Positions 51,301 through 57,421 of a stretch of DNA of 64,000 bases are shown one piece after another. Position 1 is the first letter of the stretch, and every line of letters starts with the position of its first letter. The stretch is taken from NCBI GenBank assembly GCA_964566145.1, contig CAZMHN010000001.1, positions 16,945 to 80,944 on the forward strand, written 5' to 3'. Origin of the DNA: an uncultured Gammaproteobacteria bacterium (GTDB taxonomy: Bacteria > Patescibacteriota > Patescibacteriia > Veblenbacterales > UBA10138). The position numbers and the translations under genes were made by a program. The notes under the pieces were generated by a model that had not been told where the DNA came from, did not search any database, and saw only the letters and a list, made by a program, of their open reading frames with translations.

Positions 51301-53791
51301 AATAGTACTCCCGGCGCTCGTTCTGCTCCACATTCGTGAACTCCTCGCAACCGACGTATTGGGCCGAACACTGCAAGGCGGTCGAGGGGATGAAACGGTG
51401 AGTTGGCGGGGTAGGCGCGGGCTCGAAAAAGCTGGGTTGTTGCCCGTACTCATTCAGGCCGACGCATGCTTGCGGACAGATATTGTCAGTGGTGGCAATG
51501 CCAGGCACGGCCGGCGAGCCGTCGGCCGGAGTGTAGAGTTCGCACCCGACCTCGTCGGCGGAACAGGACAAGGCGTAGCTCTTGCACTCGGGTGCGTCGT
51601 TCGACGGATCGATATCATAGCAATTCAGATAGGCCGGCGCCTCCTTCATGGTGACGGACTGCACCTGCGCGTATTGCTCGTAGGTATTGGTGGAGCCTGA
51701 AGCGGCGACATTGCTCACGGCCGCGGCTACGAGCTGGGCCTGGGTGCCGTTGGGCACACCCAACGCATTGCCGTCGACGCTGGACAGGCGCAGAAACTCG
51801 GTACAGCCCTCTTCCTTGCTAGTACAGCGATAACGCTCCGCCTCCTTGAGGTACAGCTTGGGGGCCGTAGCCGCGGTCGGCGTGAAATTCACAGTGTTCA
51901 CGTCCGACGGTATGCCTGATATGCGGTACCGGTCAGCCCCGGAACTGGATGAACTGTTAAGCGAAGCCGAATACCACTTGCACCCCACAGCCGAACTGCA
52001 CAATCCGTCATCGAAGTTCATGAGCGAACTTCGGAGATACGAAGCTGTCTTTCCGCTTCGGTTCGTAAATGTCTGGCAAGTGCTGTACGGACTGTACCCG
52101 GAACCCTGGGGGAATTCACAGCTTTGTCCTGCGAACCGCCAAGTGTTCTTCTCTTCCGTACAGTAGCCCCAAGCCAAGCACGAACCGTCCGGACGCTCGG
52201 CTATGCACTGCTGCGCGTCCACGCAGGTTTGTGCGCGGTTCGGGCTCTCGGATTCAAGCAGCTGACCGTAGCCTAAAATGCGGCACTGCTGGGCCGGGGC
52301 TTTCAGCACCCAATTCGGATCTATAAGCCCGCAGAAATTATACCCATCAGGACCCACCACGTCGTCGGATGTACCGCATCGCTGATCCGGACCGGTGCTG
52401 TTGAAACCGTCGCTGTAGCCGGGCTTGGTGCCAATGACTTTCTGAAGAGTTACGTTGGTGCCGGAAAAAGCCTGGGCCGCCAGTTCCCACCCCAAGGACA
52501 CAATGCGAGCCTTTCTGAGCTTCTTGATATCTGACAGATACCAGTACTTGGACGGCGCGCGCGAATCATCGCTGGTGCGCACCAGCGCAAAACGCAACTC
52601 GCCGTTTATGAAGCCTCCGTCGATTGCTTCCTGTAGGGTCATGGGCTGGCCCTCGTCAGCCTTCCGCAAAGCTGCGGCAAAACGTTCCGTAACGGTGCAG
52701 TTATTCACCGAAGCGTACCTGACATCCTGAGGACAGGTCGAATACTCGCTTATCACATCCATATCCTGACCGCCGACGATCTGTGGACTGGCTATGAGGG
52801 TATTCACCTGCACCGCATAATCCACCCCCGCTTTTTGTCCGGGCTGAGTCAGACCGAATTGCCTGGATTCAAGACGGCTTGGATTCGGGATGTCGCCCTG
52901 GAGCAGACGCTTCATAAGCCTGGCCGCCAAAGTATTGGTGAATACGCCAAGCGCGTCCGCCAATATGTCTCCGGTATAGGTGCTGAAATCCTGGGCCGCT
53001 ACTTCCTGGGATGTCTCGGCTTGGTTGCGGACGCGCGAAGCCGGAGTTTTGATAAAACCGGTAATGTCCTCGGTTATATCCTTGAATCCTTGGTTGAATC
53101 CCTGTTCCAGCACAGCCATCTGCTGTTTGGTGGCGGCGTCCTGAATAAGGGTCTGCTGTAAGTGCAGGGCCACGCCCAGCTCGTTCTGTTTGGGGTCGAA
53201 TACGACCCCTACCCGGTCCAGGAACTGCTCGGGGTTTTGCCGATAGCGGTCTATATTCCTTTCAATGTCAGACAGAGTGCACCGCGGGCGCCTAGGCTGG
53301 ATTTCCTGGAACAGCGCCGAATTAACCACTAAACGGAAATCGAATCCGACCGGCTTGCACAATCCCAGCCGTATGAAACCGTTGCTGGTATCCAGGGTAT
53401 CCAAAAAATCCCCGGCGGCGTCGTCGTACGCTCGGGTGGCCGATTCGCCCAAAGAGCGCCAGGATAGAAGCGGGGTCTGTCCCCTGCCGCCCGACGCCAA
53501 CATGACAGCTGTGTCATAAGCCATGCGCTGGGTGAAAGTACGCAAGGCATTCTTGAACGCCAGAGCGGCGCCGTGATCCATAGCCCAACGCAACCCGTCT
53601 TGCGCTTTCTCCCAAATGAACGTGGCCAGCTGGTTCACTTCAAAGCTGATATCTCCCACGCCAAATATAGCCTGGGCCGGCTGTGGCCTAAGCAGAACAG
53701 TCCCCGTGGTGGTGACTACGACCAAAATACCGCACAGCGCCAAAAGTACGCGCTGAGTGAGTGAGGCTGTGGCTTTATGCCGCTTACGCAT
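45311..53791 (-). CDS. Giant secreted cysteine-rich multidomain surface protein (2826 aa) with CBM-like beta-sandwich modules.
   Basis: Single 8.5-kb ORF. N-terminal signal/TM. More than 200 Cys in CxxxxC/GxC-type repeats. Two NPSFE...W jelly-roll-like segments. Confidence 0.8.
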   Translation of the reverse strand: MRKRHKATASLTQRVLLALCGILVVVTTTGTVLLRPQPAQAIFGVGDISFEVNQLATFIWEKAQDGLRWAMDHGAALAFKNALRTFTQRMAYDTAVMLASGGRGQTPLLSWRSLGESATRAYDDAAGDFLDTLDTSNGFIRLGLCKPVGFDFRLVVNSALFQEIQPRRPRCTLSDIERNIDRYRQNPEQFLDRVGVVFDPKQNELGVALHLQQTLIQDAATKQQMAVLEQGFNQGFKDITEDITGFIKTPASRVRNQAETSQEVAAQDFSTYTGDILADALGVFTNTLAARLMKRLLQGDIPNPSRLESRQFGLTQPGQKAGVDYAVQVNTLIASPQIVGGQDMDVISEYSTCPQDVRYASVNNCTVTERFAAALRKADEGQPMTLQEAIDGGFINGELRFALVRTSDDSRAPSKYWYLSDIKKLRKARIVSLGWELAAQAFSGTNVTLQKVIGTKPGYSDGFNSTGPDQRCGTSDDVVGPDGYNFCGLIDPNWVLKAPAQQCRILGYGQLLESESPNRAQTCVDAQQCIAERPDGSCLAWGYCTEEKNTWRFAGQSCEFPQGSGYSPYSTCQTFTNRSGKTASYLRSSLMNFDDGLCSSAVGCKWYSASLNSSSSSGADRYRISGIPSDVNTVNFTPTAATAPKLYLKEAERYRCTSKEEGCTEFLRLSSVDGNALGVPNGTQAQLVAAAVSNVAASGSTNTYEQYAQVQSVTMKEAPAYLNCYDIDPSNDAPECKSYALSCSADEVGCELYTPADGSPAVPGIATTDNICPQACVGLNEYGQQPSFFEPAPTPPTHRFIPSTALQCSAQYVGCEEFTNVEQNERREYYSELRQCVRPGESDATYYTWVGSDLTGYQLKTWQLEGGASQPPVTTDGSGDCRVGGAYPTSDPDCKEFYDQNGNPHYRFFTKTRSASEQCNRYRRTGTVGVNFEANDCTSSGGSVEGNFCFYRAIPSQGKVCAAQFVGCREFRGPTASNVRFVFPVSTFGDREAGVNADSSPTSGWTGGSNSNESTTAFGHSYDAYNGTMTHPVSLVEQGRQYTLTFWIRRNSGPGYVGAELQTSNGNIVGAFAQVPVDYTEWQLFSLGPIEVSASAGNAVLEIRSSDGDPFYIDNIQFREVQDSFFVRKNSWNMPSACDANLHLRCSAYRTRSNQQVALTGFSRICRNEVAGCEALVNTQNSSSPREQTFTVGGQSVSVPADQVAYRVYDSKKICSAGYAGCRRVGDPTMDASGDITQWSDVFMRLDPDTFDAANPVSPLCDVSQDGCEEYTDTSGASHYFKDPKERLCEYKIVDTQRGYDWYKKGTDVPCNLVANPSFENYDGGLSDGEPDSFASWSRNSNVGELFAEHSLNGRYWGGTVVRVRSADVQYSGIWSSNIPLPSSENSRRFFAISARVWVPADAEAEDPWSVENHAYVNGACSGGTCHHYTFVGGVKALTRNPLRDQWVTLSYVIRVDEPGVDSLSVGLVTNNRPSCTAVPCVANQEILMDDVRILELPGTLTDYEALQQSTIDYAYLCPSDQAGCTAFYDGGLTKKTYYYLNDERIDATTCSGRVSEKEGCVLFNDLSKSSAPIWSSGLTYTASRNQNNQLVSPVSSGSGTLGTCSRNTATSCQADADCGGICQSTGSATQGYCSNDRARTCATAIDCVNNAPSCLANRGVCSNDATQMCTTNSDCNTLAKSSLPTFQMSIPQCFATEADCRRYPQCSCQIDTARCGGTVPYICYSGTAPQPVCEDTNVNRCSNNPLQTCTTPSAQSLECVPSAPTCNQVVTTGRACSNIPGQTCTGNADCVDTCVGQASGDADSNVVLKVRRDRTCGEWLSCQSEQARLNPQSNTFDSICYSLGACNSLAGTGTGSSARCGNWLSGSWQPNDSTPQVHSLAWYQRQPRNWDDPEYSGYSMANVYPLDALTQKNYSTDQQGPDYKVTYQDRTGGLYCNGLAVAGRECSTLGSRCSDGTYCEYRDRGINGEGPGEFLDNVAPRQCRIYPQADAPFPAAIASEWKSPCQGGVCPNPGDDYYIELPERLASGFSQANVCQPGEVCECSYQRVAYSGGEQVFYSISSSQVDEMVAVDEGIDGAPLMSRIKRRDIAYGQSGYCVEKDTSRVINAGSATDYACLTWYPTDAVGGEISVYDYSPEAGYQGGSTYYCSEAKGNRKGGTSAYLVGAHNGQLCPSGRWGVVGGDNWYCAGEGFTIAGAVNTCALFNVPAETSEQGIVLSDVESIDVHMVGYYGSGLGGGQYINGNFQLDEDSSWCGGGSSGTPSVTAACNSLSGDALQAPAGPSSCIGGPDDYAVIKAVFNAATKAFLGYNVMVGDGSGDSGGATMTTGIRLREYCTETVQTSTNVSDKAWTDRVLRRTDYNVPPSTLNFWNYRPDAFYGKLPLSGTPTGQLMYVTDSNQQVSIGGRQVLKISTPYSCSGNCGTVAASNAGTCSNSIGRSCVDDAECTIQLGGSCNVGGASCQADSDCPANTCEGEDPGNGVWGQCTAGGAPCEINSDCATPAYTSCTVAPPSTGTCVPPTGTGNAGMCIAGRADRLYQNCDNSSYCSDTYNSGICMGYFSGICNGGARDGESCLNNSSCSGGGTCENLTGMNSNTGTAGRESLNEIFAKEFNRYRYQDNRWDRLMTDSDVSGSALGSLAPGVPAAPEIKPVLFDNLGRPTGEGGGAGFTIVSGGRAYAPGSNLTIDSGDGVSVAFYAYNPNGEQMPLNRVLVDWDDGSPLSGSQGKFKNRKHDCKEPEEAGYNWGDDPRACIEDTSAVTGYFNFTKVYVCPSGETCTFAPKVLVQDNWEWCRGGAGGMWKNDCELSNIGAWLPFGGTITIDNTGS

Positions 53792-53812
53792 GGGTTGTCT
53801 TTTTGTGGTGGC

Positions 53813-54553
53813 TCAAAGGCCGAGCGACTGCAAGACTATGCTCTTCAAAGTGGTATCATCGAACTTTGAAACGACTTCGCTGTCGGCACCGCCCTGAATG
53901 AGGAACTGCCTGAGTTCCTGCCCGGTCATGTTCCCAATGAGTTCTTTCTGCTCGGGTGTAAGCGTGCTCGAATTTGAATCGGTAGTTTCGTTGCCGCCAG
54001 CATCCGTGCCTGCGGACTGCTCCTCGAACGTCACCTCCTGGTACAACTGTAACAGGCTGGCGTCGTCGTACTGGGACAGCTGTTCGTCCGTAGCCCCCTG
54101 CTGCCGCAACAGCGCCCGGATTTCGTCTGCGGTCGGCGCGACCGCTCCTTCCTGCTCAATTATGCTCCCCCCTTCCACCGGAGCCTGGCGCAGACACTCC
54201 TGGCCTTTCGGACACAAGGGGTCATTGCCGCTTTCCACCTCGACTCCGTCCTCATACCCGTCCGAATCCGTATCTTTCAGGTATGCGCTGGTACGGTACA
54301 GGTACTGCTCGTCATAATCGCTCAAACCGTCGCCGTCACTGTCCCTGGCCTGGAGTTCGGCCGCCTCCGCTTCAGCGGGGTCTTCGGCTTCCGTTTCCGT
54401 ATCCGCCGGCTTAGGCAGGGCCAGGGTTAGGTTCAGCGATGTCCGTATCTGCCATGCGCCTATGACAAGCGCGGCTATGGCAACCATGCCGAGAGCGAGC
54501 CGTGCCTGCTCTGGCTTGCTGATAAAGGCTTGAAACTTAGAAAGCACGGCCAT
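53813..54553 (-). CDS. Membrane-anchored acidic protein with calcium-binding-like Asp repeats.
   Basis: TM helix followed by DSDGDGLSDYDE and DTDSDGYEDGVE (thrombospondin-type-3-like DxDxDG motifs). Confidence 0.5.
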   Translation of the reverse strand: MAVLSKFQAFISKPEQARLALGMVAIAALVIGAWQIRTSLNLTLALPKPADTETEAEDPAEAEAAELQARDSDGDGLSDYDEQYLYRTSAYLKDTDSDGYEDGVEVESGNDPLCPKGQECLRQAPVEGGSIIEQEGAVAPTADEIRALLRQQGATDEQLSQYDDASLLQLYQEVTFEEQSAGTDAGGNETTDSNSSTLTPEQKELIGNMTGQELRQFLIQGGADSEVVSKFDDTTLKSIVLQSLGL

Positions 54554-54647
54554 GGTGCGAGCCCGCCTGATGACGGACTGATAGCCAATGTTAAGGGCGA
54601 ATTCGCTGTAAAAATCTTTTCAATTATATCAAGAAACCATCCAAAAG

Positions 54648-55565
54648 TCAAAGTGAATTCTTATCAGGTTCGCTCAGTATCCCTAAACGGCCGGCTACGG
54701 CGGCCAGAGTGCGCCATTCGCCGACCGAAAGCTCCTGCGCCCGGGCCGTAGGGCCCAAGCCGGCTTCGCGCAACAGGCGCGAAATGTCGTCCCGGCGGCC
54801 TTGGAACGCCGAAGCCAGGTTGTTGGCCAGAAGCTTCCGGCGCGAAGCAAAGCCGACGCGCGCCAGGCGCCAGATGTTGCCCTCGAACGCCGGCGACGGA
54901 ATCAAGCCGGCGATCTCCGCGGCAGTCTTCACGTTCAGGCGCACCAGCGCCGAAGTGACTTTAGGGGCGGGCCAGAATGCGCCCGGCGGAACCAGCCGCA
55001 CCACCTCAACGTCAGCATACAATTGGACCATGAGCCACAGCAGGCTCCCTTGCCCTGGCTTGGCCGAAATCCGTTCGGCCACCTCTTTCTGCAACAGCAC
55101 GGTCAGGCGGGCGGGTTTCATGGGGCCGGACACGAACCGCTTCAGGAACGCGCCTGATATCTCATACGGCAGGTTGGCCGCAATTACAAACTCTTCGCGC
55201 GGCCCGAGCTCTAGTACGCGCCGCAGCTCGCCGTCAGACAGGCGCAAAATGTCGCCTTCTACCACAGCCAGCCTCCCGTCAATGTCCAGCTTGCGCAAGC
55301 CTGCGGCCAGGCGCGGGTCCAGTTCGACCGTCACCACCTTTTTGGCGCGCTCCAACAGCGCCAAAGTCAGTACGCCCAAGCCTCCCCCGACCTCGAGTAC
55401 GGTGGCGCTTGGCGTGAGGCCGGCCGCCCCGGCTACCGCTTCCACCACCGAACGGTCAATCAAAAAATGCTGTCCCAGGCGTTCCCCGGCGCGTATCCCG
55501 TACCTTGCCACCAGCGCCTTAGTCCAAGCCCGCAGGTCGCGGGGAATGTTCGAGTCGTGATTCAT
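54648..55565 (-). CDS. rsmA: 16S rRNA (adenine1518/1519-N6)-dimethyltransferase.
   Basis: LGQHFLID...VLEVGGGLGVLT SAM-binding motif. Start taken at the internal Met at 55565. Confidence 0.9.
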   Translation of the reverse strand: MNHDSNIPRDLRAWTKALVARYGIRAGERLGQHFLIDRSVVEAVAGAAGLTPSATVLEVGGGLGVLTLALLERAKKVVTVELDPRLAAGLRKLDIDGRLAVVEGDILRLSDGELRRVLELGPREEFVIAANLPYEISGAFLKRFVSGPMKPARLTVLLQKEVAERISAKPGQGSLLWLMVQLYADVEVVRLVPPGAFWPAPKVTSALVRLNVKTAAEIAGLIPSPAFEGNIWRLARVGFASRRKLLANNLASAFQGRRDDISRLLREAGLGPTARAQELSVGEWRTLAAVAGRLGILSEPDKNSL

Positions 55566-55603
55566 GAGCGTTACTTCCCGGTTCGCCGGACCCACGGCGC
55601 GCC

Positions 55604-56782
55604 TCACACTAACACGTACAACAGCGTCATGAGCGCGGCGACAACCCACGCCGTGTTCCATGTGGCGGCCAAGGTCATGCTCCCTATTACGGTGAATACG
55701 GCCAACAGCACGGCGATGGCCACTATCTTGCCGACGACCAAACTCATTTCAAAGGCAACGACTGTATCCATGACTGAGCGCGCCTTAGCCCGTTCGTATG
55801 TGATGGCCGTCAGGGGAACAGCCACGATGTTTTTGGTCAGCCTGGACCAAGAGTCGAGCAGGAAGACTCCCACCGGATTCTGGACGAAGATGCGCATGAG
55901 CCATCCGAACGCGTAAAGCAGGGTGGAAAACTTCAAAACCGAATGTTTATTATGCTCGTCCGTGAGCTTACCGATGTACAAGGTGGCCAACGCCGTAATA
56001 AGCGTGGCTCCGGCGGCTACGGCGCCGATCTCGACGTAGGCCGTAACCACCGTGGAAATGAAAATAGGCCATAGCACGAGCACGACGAGCTCCTCGCCGA
56101 ACCCCATGTACCCCAAAAGCGCGCGGCGATTATCCGGATCCAAAAGCCTGCGGTACGTGTCCGCATAGGGGAACTCGCGCGGCGTGAACTGTTCGGCCGT
56201 GCGCATAAGCGGCCAGTTGGACAGCAGGATGATAACGCAGCCAAATCCGAACAGAAGCGCCCACGACCCTGTCAGGGTCAGAATGGCTCCCGCCAGCAAC
56301 GGTCCGGCCACGTACACGAGCGACAGGCCTACCGTCATGCCGCTTACCTCCTTGCCTTCCTCAGTGGGATCGGAGTACCTGGCGAAGTCGGCGTGGTAAG
56401 CAGGCCAGTACAATGCTTTCTGCGCGGCATAGAGGCCCGCCGCCGGCACGGCCCAGCGCCAGTCGTAAGCTATGAGGTACAGCGCCGCGTAGTAAGCCAC
56501 CTGCGCAAACGTGGATACGAGCATGGAATGTTCGTATCCGAACCGGGTGGCGAATTTCGCACCCAAAGGCATGACAAAAAGATACGCCACATACACGCCC
56601 AGGAAGAACCACAAGATCACAGCGACAGAAAACCCCTGGCGCCAAAGGTAGATGGGCTCGAACAGGAGCAGCATGGCCAGCGCCAGGTTCTGCAGCAACG
56701 CGGAGGCGTACAGTTCCTTGACCTGGGAAGCCAGGTGGTGCGGCAGTACGCCGCCCAAAGAGTAGAAGAATTTGCCGTTCAT
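55604..56782 (-). CDS. MFS-type transporter (12 TM helices).
   Basis: 392 aa. Two 6-helix halves. Typical MFS loop charge pattern. Confidence 0.6.
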   Translation of the reverse strand: MNGKFFYSLGGVLPHHLASQVKELYASALLQNLALAMLLLFEPIYLWRQGFSVAVILWFFLGVYVAYLFVMPLGAKFATRFGYEHSMLVSTFAQVAYYAALYLIAYDWRWAVPAAGLYAAQKALYWPAYHADFARYSDPTEEGKEVSGMTVGLSLVYVAGPLLAGAILTLTGSWALLFGFGCVIILLSNWPLMRTAEQFTPREFPYADTYRRLLDPDNRRALLGYMGFGEELVVLVLWPIFISTVVTAYVEIGAVAAGATLITALATLYIGKLTDEHNKHSVLKFSTLLYAFGWLMRIFVQNPVGVFLLDSWSRLTKNIVAVPLTAITYERAKARSVMDTVVAFEMSLVVGKIVAIAVLLAVFTVIGSMTLAATWNTAWVVAALMTLLYVLV

Positions 56783-56788
56783 ATGCGT

Positions 56789-57421
56789 CTAGGAGCGTAG
56801 CATGCGCTCCAGCTTCCGGCGAGGAATCGCTCCGTCGCGCAACACCGTGAGCCGGGCGCGCTCCACCTTCACGACTGTGGATGTCGGCCGCCGCCTGAGC
56901 TTGCCGCCGTCCACCATGTAACTCAAGCCGCGCCGGACCAATGCCCGCGTGACTTGCGCCGCGGAATACGGCGTAGATTTCCCGGTGACGTTCGCGGACG
57001 TAGCTACGAGCGGCCCGCCGGCCCCCCGTGCCAATTTACGAAGCCAGACACTGCCAGGAATGCGGATGCCCACTGTGCCGTCAGCGGCGCGCACTGCCTT
57101 GAGCAGTTTGCCATTGGCTGTAAGTACGAGCGTTAACGGACCAGGCCAGAACCTCCTGGCCAGTCCGGCTTCGACCGTATTCATACGGCAGTATTTGCGC
57201 ACCATGTTCATGTCCGAAGCCACCAAAGGCATGGCTTTGGGGTCGCGCCGACCCTTTAGCCGCGCCACAGCCCGCACTGCGCTTGCATTCGCGGCATCGG
57301 CAAACAGGCCGTACGCCGTTTCGGACGGCCCTGCCACCACCTTGCCTGCTTTCAGCACGGCAACCACTGCGGCCAGGCTCCGATTCGTACGGGGATATAC
57401 GGTTATGGTACGGTTGCTCAC
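56789..57421 (-). CDS. tsaC: L-threonylcarbamoyladenylate synthase (YrdC/Sua5 domain).
   Basis: 210 aa. YrdC fold motifs (PSETAYGL, PGPLTLVL). Overlaps the leuS stop by 4 nt. Confidence 0.85.
   Translation of the reverse strand: MSNRTITVYPRTNRSLAAVVAVLKAGKVVAGPSETAYGLFADAANASAVRAVARLKGRRDPKAMPLVASDMNMVRKYCRMNTVEAGLARRFWPGPLTLVLTANGKLLKAVRAADGTVGIRIPGSVWLRKLARGAGGPLVATSANVTGKSTPYSAAQVTRALVRRGLSYMVDGGKLRRRPTSTVVKVERARLTVLRDGAIPRRKLERMLRS

Noticed and set aside
47526-51700. Multiple 60-230-aa ORFs on both strands inside the giant gene.
   Set aside because: They are nested within a continuous 8.5-kb reading frame with consistent coding composition. Their own translations are Arg/Ala/Gly-rich.
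26135-54553. Possible integrative or conjugative element inserted next to tRNA-Arg.
   Set aside because: No integrase, excisionase, relaxase, VirD4 or direct repeat of the tRNA 3' end is present. recG and radA (core genes) lie between the tRNA and the locus. Base composition is the same as the flanks.
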